The notes under the pieces were generated by a model. That model searched no databases and was not told where the DNA came from. It saw nothing but the letters and a program-made list of their open reading frames with translations. Below are positions 55,789-64,000 of a stretch of 64,000 nt of DNA, piece by piece; within the stretch, counting starts at the first letter, position 1; each line of letters opens with the position of its first letter. Location of the stretch: positions 222-64,221 of the forward strand of contig JAYNIR010000016.1 in assembly GCA_038109305.1 (NCBI GenBank), written 5' to 3'. This DNA is from Rhodospirillaceae bacterium (GTDB lineage Bacteria; Pseudomonadota; Alphaproteobacteria; Rhodospirillales; Casp-alpha2). Position numbers and translations under genes: made by a program.

Positions 55789-56772
55789 GTGCTGAAAGCC
55801 GGAACCACGGACCTTCTGACCGCCGCCCAATCCGGCGATCGGCGCGCGGCCGCCAAGCTTATTTCGTTGGCCGAAACGTCGGTCAACAAAGGCGACGTGG
55901 ACCGGAATGAATTGCTCGACCGGGTCTATCAGGCCGCCGGAAGGGCGCACGTGTTGGGCGTTACCGGCCCACCGGGCGCCGGAAAATCATCCCTTGTGAA
56001 TGCCGTGGCCAAGGAATTGCGGGGGCGGGGACATCGGGTCGGCGTTGTCGCCATTGATCCGTCGAGCCCGTTTTCCGGCGGCGCTATCCTGGGCGACCGG
56101 GTCCGCATGGGCGATCTGAGCGCCGATGACGGGGTCTTTATCCGGTCGCTCGCCACCCAGGGGGCCATGGGCGGTCTCGCGCGAACTGCCCTTGATACCG
56201 TCGACGTGCTGGACGCCGTCGGTTACGACACGGTGGTGATTGAAACCGTCGGCGTTGGGCAGGACGAAGTCGACGTCGCGGCGGCGGCCCACACGGTGAT
56301 CGTGGCGAGCCCGCCAGGCCTCGGTGACGGGATCCAGGCGATGAAGGCGGGCATGCTGGAAATCGCGGATATCCATGTGGTCACCAAGGCCGACAAGCCG
56401 GACGCGAAAACCACGGCGGCGGACCTGAAGAATGCGGCCGGGCTCAAAGGCGGTGGGGCCTCGGCGGCCTGGACGACACCGGTGATCCTGACCAGCGCCA
56501 ATGATGGTACGGGCATCGCCGACCTTTGCGACGCGGTCGCCGGCCATTACCGCCATCTCGAAACCGCGGGCGAGTTGGAGGCCCGGCGAAAACGGTCAGC
56601 CCGGGCGCGGCTTTTGGCCGCAGCGGAAGACCGGCTCCGCCGGGCGATCCGCGACCTGAGCGCCGCCGTGGACGACGCAGTGGACAGGGTCGCGGCGCGG
56701 GAGCTGACGCCCCGAAACGCGGCGGAGGGATTGATCTGCCGGGCTTTTTCGGGAAAACCCGAACAGTCCTAG
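55789..56772 (+). CDS. meaB: methylmalonyl-CoA mutase-associated G3E GTPase (MeaB/ArgK)
   Basis: 327 aa with a GTG start. It has the P-loop GVTGPPGAGKSSL, then ...GGAILGDRVRM... and ...VVTKADK. Confidence 0.85.
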   Translation: MLKAGTTDLLTAAQSGDRRAAAKLISLAETSVNKGDVDRNELLDRVYQAAGRAHVLGVTGPPGAGKSSLVNAVAKELRGRGHRVGVVAIDPSSPFSGGAILGDRVRMGDLSADDGVFIRSLATQGAMGGLARTALDTVDVLDAVGYDTVVIETVGVGQDEVDVAAAAHTVIVASPPGLGDGIQAMKAGMLEIADIHVVTKADKPDAKTTAADLKNAAGLKGGGASAAWTTPVILTSANDGTGIADLCDAVAGHYRHLETAGELEARRKRSARARLLAAAEDRLRRAIRDLSAAVDDAVDRVAARELTPRNAAEGLICRAFSGKPEQS

Positions 56773-56940
56773 TCGCCCAGGCGAATTGCGTTTAGATAAC
56801 CTGGCGCGGGTATTCCCGGTTTCAGCCATTCATCGTCGATGGGATCGCCAAGGACGGTCCTGACCGGGACCACGCCCGCCCAAACATCCAGGTCGTAGTC
56901 CGACTCGTCGTCGACCGGGCCGCCAGCCCGTCGAAAATGC
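56769..56940 (-). pseudogene. C-terminal remnant of a pyridoxamine 5'-phosphate oxidase-like (Pyridox_ox_2) gene
   Basis: My own translation gives ...HFRRAGGPVDDESDYDLDVWAGVVPVRTVLGDPIDDEWLKPGIPAPGYLNAIRLGD*. There is no start codon, and stop codons lie just upstream. The frame runs into the phaC 3' end. The family assignment is from memory of the D-Y-x-L-x-VWAGV-x-P motif. Confidence 0.4.
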
Positions 56941-56944
56941 CGGA

Positions 56945-58756
56945 TCAGGCGAGACGCGCCTTCACGTAAGTGCCAGGGGCGGGCTCCAGGGCTTTCAGCT
57001 TCCCGTCGCCGGGTTTACGGGCCTTGATCATCTTTTTGCCGCTATGCTTCTTAACCCAGCCGTCCCAGTCGCCCCACCAGGAACCGTCCGTCTGTTCCGC
57101 CTTCTCAAGCCAGGCGTCCGGATTCTTGGGTTTCGCGTCGTTGGTCCAGTAGCAGTATTTGTTGGCCGCCGGCGGGTTGATGACGCCCGCAATATGGCCG
57201 GACGCCGACAGAACGAAACGGATCGGGCCCTTGAAAATCTGCGTCGCGGCATAGGTCGACTTCCAAGGCGCGATGTGATCCTCGCGGGTCGAGATAATGT
57301 AGGTGGGAACATCGACTTTCCGAAGATCGATCGGCGCGCCGGCGAGCGTGATGCCGCCGGGTTCGATCAGTTTGTTATCAAGGTACATGTTCCGCAGATA
57401 AAAGGAGTGCATGGCGGCGGGCATCCGGGTCGAGTCGGAGTTCCAGAACAGCAAATCGAAGGGGAAGGGGTCCTTGCCCAACAGATAGTTGTTCACCACG
57501 AACGACCAGACCAGATCGTTGGCCCGCAGCATGTTGAAGGTCGTCGCCATTTCCGACCCTTCAAGGTAGCCGCGTTGGTTCATCTTGGCTTCCATGCTCT
57601 TGACCTGTTCTTCGTCGATGAATACGCCAAGTTCTCCGGCGTCCGTGAAGTCGAGCATGGTGGTGAAGAACGTGGCTGACTTGATGCGGTCCTGCCACTC
57701 GGGGTCGTTCTGCTGCGCCAGCCAGGCGAGGGTGCAGGCGGTCAACGTGCCGCCGATGCAATAGCCGACGAGGTTGACGCTCCGCTGCCCGGTTGCCTGC
57801 TCGATGGCGGCAATCGCCGCAAGCGGGCCTTCGAGCATATAATCGTCAAATTTTTTCTTCGCCAATTCCGCGTTCGGGTTAACCCAGGAGATGATGAAGA
57901 CCGTGTGTCCCTGTTCCGTCGCCCAGCGGATGAACGAATTTTCCTCTTGTAAATCAAGGATATAATACTTGTTGATCCAGGGTGGCGTGATGAGGAGGGG
58001 CGTTTCGATGACCTTGTCGGTCAGCGGATCGAACTGGATCAGCTCCATCAGATCGTTGCGGTAAACGACCCGGCCCTTTGCGGTCGCGACGTTCTTGCCG
58101 ACCTCGAACGCATCCATGTCGGTCATCCGGATCGCCAGCTTGCCGTCGCCGCGCTCCAGGTCTTCCAACAGATTGTTCAGGCCATTGACGAGGTTTTCGC
58201 CTTTGGTTTCGACCGTGGCGCGAAGCGCCTGCGGGTTGGTCATTAGGAAGTTGGTAGGTGACAGGGCGTCGATAAATTGACGGGTGTAGAAATCGACCTT
58301 GGCCTTGTCCTTTTTGTCCATGCTGTCGACATCCTTGACGGTGTACTCAAGCCAATTCGCGGTCAACAAATACGATTGTTTGATGAAGTCGAACACCTGA
58401 TTTTCCGACCAGGCCTCGTCCCTGAACCGGCGGTCGCCACGCACCGGAGCGACAACGGGCTTGGCTTCCTGACCCATCATTCGAAGCGCCGTTGACTGCC
58501 ACAATTCCATGTGGCCCTGCCAAAGGGTCATTCCCGATTCCATCATTTTCGCCGGATCCGACATCATATGGCGGGTCATTTCAAGGAACGCCTCACCGAT
58601 ATTCAGGGGGTCCAGGTCTGGGGCCGCCGCCTCTTGCGAGTGGCGGGAAAGCCAGTCCGTGACCAAGCGCTGGCTCCGTTCCGCGATGTCCGTCATCGAC
58701 TTCGAAAACTGCTGTGCGGCTTCCAACGGGTCGGTTTCAGGCGTTTTGTCGGTCAT
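56945..58756 (-). CDS. phaC: class I poly(R)-hydroxyalkanoate synthase
   Basis: 603 aa with the lipase-box-like motif GYCIGGT. Length and overall pattern are typical of PhaC class I. Confidence 0.9.
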   Translation of the reverse strand: MTDKTPETDPLEAAQQFSKSMTDIAERSQRLVTDWLSRHSQEAAAPDLDPLNIGEAFLEMTRHMMSDPAKMMESGMTLWQGHMELWQSTALRMMGQEAKPVVAPVRGDRRFRDEAWSENQVFDFIKQSYLLTANWLEYTVKDVDSMDKKDKAKVDFYTRQFIDALSPTNFLMTNPQALRATVETKGENLVNGLNNLLEDLERGDGKLAIRMTDMDAFEVGKNVATAKGRVVYRNDLMELIQFDPLTDKVIETPLLITPPWINKYYILDLQEENSFIRWATEQGHTVFIISWVNPNAELAKKKFDDYMLEGPLAAIAAIEQATGQRSVNLVGYCIGGTLTACTLAWLAQQNDPEWQDRIKSATFFTTMLDFTDAGELGVFIDEEQVKSMEAKMNQRGYLEGSEMATTFNMLRANDLVWSFVVNNYLLGKDPFPFDLLFWNSDSTRMPAAMHSFYLRNMYLDNKLIEPGGITLAGAPIDLRKVDVPTYIISTREDHIAPWKSTYAATQIFKGPIRFVLSASGHIAGVINPPAANKYCYWTNDAKPKNPDAWLEKAEQTDGSWWGDWDGWVKKHSGKKMIKARKPGDGKLKALEPAPGTYVKARLA

Positions 58757-59019
58757 TCAAGTCGTCCTTTGCCCCATTATGCACTTTTCAATAATATAGC
58801 CGGAAGGCATATCGGCCCGGCGCTAGCTGTTGCGGCCAACCTTAAGGCGGCGCGCAGGTGGCTTGTTCCCGCGGGCGGAATACTGTTAGTAATATTTTCC
58901 GGCGGAAGGTTATGCTGCACCTGCACAGTGTAAGGGCTTTGTATACCGCAAGGTGCCGAAGATCAAGGTCCAGCGCGACCGATGAAATGGGTAATTCGAG
59001 CGAGGAAGCCAATATCGTT

Positions 59020-60207
59020 ATGCTTAAAAACGTAGCCTTTGCGGGGTCGCTGAACCGAACCGTAAGAATTCCAGGAACCACCGTGCTGATTGCGGCTGCG
59101 GTATTGCTGGCTGGGTGCTCGTCGGTGCCCGACGCCGTCAATCCCGCGGAATGGTACAAAAGCACGGTCGAGCTCTTCTCGGGCAACGACAGCAAGGAGC
59201 GGCTGGACGACGAAACCCAGCAGGCCCGCGAAAAACAGGTCGCGGAGGCCGCTGGCGTCGAGAAGGGCGCTTTGTCCTATCCGAGCGTTTCCGGTGTCGA
59301 AAGACAGCGTCAGTCGCGGAACCTCGGCTTGGCCGCCGATCCGGACCGGCCTCATTATGCGCCGTCGATCTCCCGGCAGGGTGAAGACCAACTTCCCGCC
59401 GCCGCAAGCGCTGCACCGTCACCGCCGCCCGCGATTACGGCGCCGGCACAGCCCATGGCGCAAGCCGCTGTTCCGCAACCGCCGCAACCGTCCAAACCAA
59501 TGCTTAAAGCGCCCAAGAAGAGCCTGACGCCGACGGCACGGTCGAAACCCAAGCTCGCTCTGACCGTACCGGGCGTGCCGCAAGTCGGTGTGCCGACGCG
59601 GGCCCAGCAGGAAGCGGAATATGCGGAACACCAGAACCGCATGCAAAAACACCTCGCGGAAATCCTTGCCGCCTCGGGGGCCGAGCCAGAATTCGTCCGT
59701 CCCAGCGGTATGACGCGGAGGCTTGCGACCGGCGAAACCATCGTCATCGGCGGAACAGGTTTAGAAGCGCAGGACGCCGCGGAAATGGCCTCGCCCGACG
59801 GCGGCGCAGCCAACATTGCCGGCGACCAAGGCGCGTGGCCGCTTCCCCCGGGCGCACAGCGGGTGGCGACGATTGTGTTTCCCAATGGCTCGTCACGGCT
59901 GACCGGAACAGACCGGCGCATCCTGGCCCAAGTCGCCGCCTTGCAAAAGGAACGCGGCGGCACGATCCGGGTTGTCGGCCACTCGTCGTCGCGGACCCGC
60001 AACCTCAGCGCCGCCCGCCATCAAGCAGTCAATTACAATCTGTCGGCGCAACGGGCACAGGTCGTTGCCAAAGAGTTGGTCCGCCAAGGTGCGAATCGGC
60101 GGACCGTTTTGACGGCCGCACTGTCCGACTCCCGCCCGCTTTACCGCGAGATCATGCCCAACGGCGAGGCCGGCAACAGGCGGACCGAAATCTATTTGGT
60201 CAACTGA
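59020..60207 (+). CDS. OmpA-domain lipoprotein with Pro/Ala/Gln-rich linker
   Basis: The signal and lipobox read MLKNVAFAGSLNRTVRIPGTTVLIAAAVLLAGC. The C-terminal OmpA-like domain reads ...IVFPNGSSRLTGTDRRILAQVAAL...VVGHSS...NLSAQRAQVVAKELVRQG...NRRTEIYL. Confidence 0.75.
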   Translation: MLKNVAFAGSLNRTVRIPGTTVLIAAAVLLAGCSSVPDAVNPAEWYKSTVELFSGNDSKERLDDETQQAREKQVAEAAGVEKGALSYPSVSGVERQRQSRNLGLAADPDRPHYAPSISRQGEDQLPAAASAAPSPPPAITAPAQPMAQAAVPQPPQPSKPMLKAPKKSLTPTARSKPKLALTVPGVPQVGVPTRAQQEAEYAEHQNRMQKHLAEILAASGAEPEFVRPSGMTRRLATGETIVIGGTGLEAQDAAEMASPDGGAANIAGDQGAWPLPPGAQRVATIVFPNGSSRLTGTDRRILAQVAALQKERGGTIRVVGHSSSRTRNLSAARHQAVNYNLSAQRAQVVAKELVRQGANRRTVLTAALSDSRPLYREIMPNGEAGNRRTEIYLVN

Positions 60208-60324
60208 CCTGCGGCCCCGTACGGGCGGCTACCCGGCGGAACGCGTAATACGCCTGAATTCTAATGTTCCGGCTTCTTCCCCAGTTGTCTTTGGCTGCGG
60301 GTTCTGGCACATGATGGGGTCACG

Positions 60325-61554
60325 ATGGCCAAGGAATTTCACCGAATTCGGCGTCTGCCGCCGTACGTCTTCGCGGAAGTCAACGCGATGAAGGCGCGCG
60401 CCCGCGCCGATGGCGAGGACATCATTGATTTTGGCATGGGCAATCCCGACCTGCCGACCCCGCCGCACATCGTCCAGAAACTCGTCGAGACCGTCCAAGA
60501 TTCGAAAACCCACCGGTATTCGAACTCGCGTGGCATTCCAGGCCTGAGAAAGGCTCTGTCCGGCTATTACGAACGCCGGTTCGGCGTCACCGTGGACCCG
60601 GAACGGGAAGCGATCGTCACTCTGGGGTCGAAAGAGGGCCTTGCCAACCTGGCCGCTGCGATCACCAGCCCCGGCGACGTGATCCTTGTGCCGAACCCGA
60701 GCTATCCGATCCATCAGTTCGGTTTCATCATCGCAGGCGCCGCCGTTCGCAGCATTCCGGTCACGCCGAACGAAGATTTTTTTCAAGCGCTCGAACGGGC
60801 GGTCCAGCATAGCGTGCCCAAGCCGACGGCGATCGTTCTCAATTATCCGAACAATCCGACGGCTGAACTTGTCGACCTGGACTTTTACGAGCGGGTGGTC
60901 GATTTCTGCCTGTATAACGAAATTTACATCCTGTCGGACCTGGCCTACGCGGAAATCTTTTTCGACGACCGGCCCCCGCCGTCCATTCTTCAAATCCAAA
61001 AAGCCTGGGACATTGCCGTCGAGTTCACCTCGATGAGTAAGACGTATTCCATGCCCGGTTGGCGGATCGGGTTTGCCGTCGGCAACCGAGATCTGATCGG
61101 CGCGCTGGTGCGAGTGAAATCCTATCTCGACTACGGCGCCTTCACCCCCATCCAGGTCGCGGCCGCGGCGGCGCTGAACGGGCCGCAGGATTGCATCGAC
61201 CATGTCCGCGCGGTTTACAAGGAACGACGGGATGTCCTGATCTCCGGTCTCGCTGCAGCGGGTTGGGACGTGCCGCCGCCACCAGCGACGATGTTCGCCT
61301 GGGCGCCGATCCCCCAGGACATGGCTCACCTGGGATCGCTTGAATTTTCCAAACTGCTGTTGTCCGAAGCTCAGGTCGCGGTGGCGCCAGGCGTCGGGTT
61401 CGGAGAGCACGGGGATGGGCACGTCCGCATCGCCGTTGTGGAGAACGTCCACAGGACCCGTCAGGCCGTGCGCTCCATTAAGTCCTTCATGTCCCGGTAT
61501 CGCGCCGGCAATTTTGATAACATGGACGGCCCCCGGCGGGCAGCCGGAAAATGA
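60325..61554 (+). CDS. class I/II pyridoxal-phosphate aminotransferase (AlaC/LL-DAP-type annotation family)
   Basis: 409 aa starting MAKEFHRIRRLPPYVFAEVNAMKARARADGEDIIDFGMGNPD... with the PLP lysine context SMSKTYSMPGWRIG. Confidence 0.85.
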   Translation: MAKEFHRIRRLPPYVFAEVNAMKARARADGEDIIDFGMGNPDLPTPPHIVQKLVETVQDSKTHRYSNSRGIPGLRKALSGYYERRFGVTVDPEREAIVTLGSKEGLANLAAAITSPGDVILVPNPSYPIHQFGFIIAGAAVRSIPVTPNEDFFQALERAVQHSVPKPTAIVLNYPNNPTAELVDLDFYERVVDFCLYNEIYILSDLAYAEIFFDDRPPPSILQIQKAWDIAVEFTSMSKTYSMPGWRIGFAVGNRDLIGALVRVKSYLDYGAFTPIQVAAAAALNGPQDCIDHVRAVYKERRDVLISGLAAAGWDVPPPPATMFAWAPIPQDMAHLGSLEFSKLLLSEAQVAVAPGVGFGEHGDGHVRIAVVENVHRTRQAVRSIKSFMSRYRAGNFDNMDGPRRAAGK

Positions 61555-62843
61555 CGTCGGCTCTCAGGATCGGGGTTGCGGGGCTCGGCACCGTCGGCGC
61601 CAGCACGCTGGAAATTTTCTCCCGGCACAGTGATGAAATCCAAGCGCGCGCAGGCCGCCCCATCGTCGTAACCGGCGTGTCGGCCCGCAATCGCTCAAAG
61701 AACCGGGGCGTCAGCGTCGACAGCTTCACTTGGCACGGCGATCCAACGGCGCTGGCCAACGCTGACGACGTTGATGTCGTCGTCGAACTGATCGGCGGAT
61801 CCGAAGGCTTCGCGAAGGACCTCTGTACTGAGGCGTTAAAAAATGGCAAGCACGTCGTCACCGCAAACAAGGCGCTCATTGCCGTCCACGGAACGGCATT
61901 GGCCGAAGCCGCGGAAGCCGGAGGCGTCAGCCTGGCATTCGAGGCCGCCGTGGCCGGCGGCATCCCGATACTTAAAACGCTCCGCGAAGGCCTTGCCGCG
62001 AACGGGATCGATCGGGTGTACGGCATCCTTAACGGGACCTGCAATTACATCCTGACCGAAATGCGGGACACCGGCCGGGAGTTCGACGAAGTCCTTGCGG
62101 AGGCGCAGGCCGAAGGGTACGCGGAAGCCGATCCTTCATTCGACGTCGATGGCATTGACGCCGCTCACAAGCTGGCCATTCTCGCGAGCCTCGCCTTTGG
62201 AACGCAGGTTGACTTCGGTTCCGTGCACATTGAAGGCATTCGCCATGTTTCGCCCAGCGACTTGGATTTTGCCAAGCAACTTGGGTACGGGATCAAGCTA
62301 TTGGGCATTGCTTCCCGAACCGAACGCGGCATCGAACAGCGCGTTCACCCCTGCATGGTACCGGCGGAATCGTCGATCAACCACGTGGACGGCGTTTTCA
62401 ACGCGGTTGTCGCGCACGGCGACTTCGTAGATCGGATTCAGATGGAAGGCCGGGGCGCGGGCGCGGGTCCGACGGCGTCGGCGGTTGTCGCCGACATCAT
62501 CGACATTGCCCGTGGCAACGTGACGCCGTGCTTTGCCCGCCCATTCGGCGAATTAACTGCGCCGCAACCGGTTTCGATGGGCGAACACATGGGTTCGTAT
62601 TACATGCGGTTCGAAGTTGTCGACAAACCAGGTGTGTTTCGCGACATCGCCGCGGCGTTAAGCGACCACAAGGTCTCCATGGAACAGATCATTCAGCGCG
62701 CGAAAAGCCCGGATGCACCGGTCCCCGTCGTAATGACAACGCACGAAACCCGCGAAGCGGATATGACCGACGCCGTCGAAACCATCGCCGGACTTGAAGC
62801 CGTAGTGGAAATACCCCGATTGATCCGCATCGAACAGTTGTGA
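61551..62843 (+). CDS. hom: homoserine dehydrogenase
   Basis: 430 aa starting LRIGVAGLGTVGAST..., containing ...GILNGTCNYILT... and a C-terminal ACT domain. Its ATGA start overlaps the aminotransferase stop. Confidence 0.9.
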   Translation: MTSALRIGVAGLGTVGASTLEIFSRHSDEIQARAGRPIVVTGVSARNRSKNRGVSVDSFTWHGDPTALANADDVDVVVELIGGSEGFAKDLCTEALKNGKHVVTANKALIAVHGTALAEAAEAGGVSLAFEAAVAGGIPILKTLREGLAANGIDRVYGILNGTCNYILTEMRDTGREFDEVLAEAQAEGYAEADPSFDVDGIDAAHKLAILASLAFGTQVDFGSVHIEGIRHVSPSDLDFAKQLGYGIKLLGIASRTERGIEQRVHPCMVPAESSINHVDGVFNAVVAHGDFVDRIQMEGRGAGAGPTASAVVADIIDIARGNVTPCFARPFGELTAPQPVSMGEHMGSYYMRFEVVDKPGVFRDIAAALSDHKVSMEQIIQRAKSPDAPVPVVMTTHETREADMTDAVETIAGLEAVVEIPRLIRIEQL

Positions 62844-62891
62844 CTTTTTGACTGTCCGGCTCAGACCTTTTACGGAAGGAGCAAGGGAACC

Positions 62892-63866
62892 GTGAACGAT
62901 CCAGTGACAGACCGGAATTTGGCGCTTGAGGCGGTGCGTGTCACTGAGGCGGCCGCAATCGCAGCCTGCCGGCACTTGGGGGGCGGCGATGAACGGGCAG
63001 CGGACGAGGCGGCGGTTAAAGCGATGAATCGCCGTCTCGGCACTCTGGCGATGGACGGGACCGTCCGAATGGGGGAAGGGGATAAAACCGAAGTTGAACA
63101 CCTTTACGCTGGGCAAAAAGTGGGGATAGGTTCGGGGCCGAAAGCAGATGTCGCGGTCCTGGCGCTTGAAGGCAAGAGCATCGTCGCCCGCGGCGGATAT
63201 AACGCGCTATCGGTTCTTGCCATGGCCGAGGATGGCGGATTCCTATCGGTGCCGAACATTTACATGGACAAAATCGCCGTCGGCCCCGGTCTGCCCGACG
63301 GCGTCGCCGACCTGGACGCCGACGTCGGCGACAATCTGAAAAAGCTGGCGAAGGCGAAAAAGCGATCAATATCGGATTTGGTCGTTTGCATGCTTGACCG
63401 GCCGCGCCATGCCCAAATCGTCGCTGCGGTCAGGGAAGCGGGCGCCCGCATTCGACTGATCCTCGACGGCGACGTTTCCGGCGTTATAGCGACGGCATTG
63501 CCCGAAGCCGGCGTCGACCTTTTCGTCGGCAGCGGCCGTGCGTCCCAGGGTATTCTTGCCGCAGCGGCACTTCGGGGCCTGGGCGGACAAATGCAGGCCC
63601 GCCTGATTATCCGAGACAATGACGACCTTGCCGCGGTTCGCCGCGCCGAAGTGTCAGAACCGGAGACCAAGTTCGGTCTGTCGGACATGGCGGGGGGCAA
63701 TGTCACTTTTGCGGCGACCGGCGTAACGACGGGTCCGATGCTGCAGGGTGTCCGGTTTGCCGACGGCATCGCCATTACGCATTCTTTGGTGGTGCGTTCG
63801 AAAACGAAAACGCTGAGATATATCGAAGGCCGGCATCATGTCGCCCACGCTAAAGACAAGCGCTGA
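62892..63866 (+). CDS. glpX: class II fructose-1,6-bisphosphatase
   Basis: 324 aa with a GTG start and SD GGAAGGA upstream. Contains ...NLALEAVRVTEAAAIAA...GGGDERAADEAAV.AM... and ...GEGDK..., typical of GlpX. Confidence 0.9.
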   Translation: MNDPVTDRNLALEAVRVTEAAAIAACRHLGGGDERAADEAAVKAMNRRLGTLAMDGTVRMGEGDKTEVEHLYAGQKVGIGSGPKADVAVLALEGKSIVARGGYNALSVLAMAEDGGFLSVPNIYMDKIAVGPGLPDGVADLDADVGDNLKKLAKAKKRSISDLVVCMLDRPRHAQIVAAVREAGARIRLILDGDVSGVIATALPEAGVDLFVGSGRASQGILAAAALRGLGGQMQARLIIRDNDDLAAVRRAEVSEPETKFGLSDMAGGNVTFAATGVTTGPMLQGVRFADGIAITHSLVVRSKTKTLRYIEGRHHVAHAKDKR

Positions 63867-64000
63867 CGCCGCATTCACGGATGCGGGCGAACAGGTCGGG
63901 CTATCGATTGAAGATTTCAGGTCCGCGACCGGGCGCAGGTGGGTGCTCAGGTCGGTCGATGACCGGACTGTCAGAACCATCATACAAAAATGCAACATGT
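63838..64000 (+). CDS. recJ: single-stranded-DNA-specific exonuclease RecJ (5' end only)
   Basis: My own translation from the ATG at 63838 gives MSPTLKTSADAAFTDAGEQVGLSIEDFRSATGRRWVLRSVDDRTVRTIIQKCNM.... The GRRW-x-LR pattern near the N-terminus is typical of alphaproteobacterial RecJ. The ORF overlaps the end of glpX and runs off the window. Confidence 0.5.
   Translation, partial: MSPTLKTSADAAFTDAGEQVGLSIEDFRSATGRRWVLRSVDDRTVRTIIQKCNM

Noticed and set aside
1-64000. CRISPR arrays, tRNA or rRNA genes, and prophage, integrase or defence-system genes.
   Set aside because: I saw no regularly spaced repeats, no tRNA-like T-arm (GGTTCGAATCC-type) motifs in intergenic regions, and no integrase, restriction or toxin-antitoxin-like translations. 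This was a visual scan only, so tRNAscan-SE, Infernal and DefenseFinder should be run to confirm.

Overview
This is a GC-rich chromosomal segment that looks alphaproteobacterial. Supporting markers are mipZ, an NDUFA12-like/MlaD/DUF2155 cluster, clpS-clpA, phaC plus a phasin, class II nrdJ, aroQ-accB-accC and hom-glpX-recJ. I support about 60 protein-coding genes. I saw no rRNA, tRNA or CRISPR array by eye. Most of the window is housekeeping, and no recognisable defence or toxin system was found. The parts worth a second look are listed here. (1) The AT-rich left edge (1-877) is separated from the core by a 286-bp internally deleted IS3-family element. (2) A divergent GntR-linked locus of 12 genes (1228-13627) combines a fused TRAP transporter, two sugar-acid-type dehydratases, two aldolase-type enzymes, a 2-hydroxyacid dehydrogenase, a PhyH-type dioxygenase and a DUF1446/DUF4387 pair. 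I cannot map this enzyme set onto a described pathway, and it is the best candidate here for undescribed biology. (3) A two-gene type III polyketide synthase plus ICMT-type methyltransferase operon sits next to several uncharacterised small or secreted proteins and an orphan fliN. (4) A 75-nt GNRA-capped extended hairpin lies upstream of a 62-codon ORF. (5) The 35.6-42.3 kb zone contains three genes with nonsense or frameshift lesions, next to an operon of a signal-less BtuF-like protein, a DUF482 (FemAB-like) protein and a secreted tandem 4-Cys repeat protein. (6) Smaller oddities are an in-frame ThiS-ThiG fusion, tandem MlaD paralogues, a perfect 18-bp tandem repeat, an AT-codon patch inside a phosphomannomutase gene and a gene remnant abutting phaC. 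All family assignments come from reading the translations by eye. None has been confirmed by a database search.
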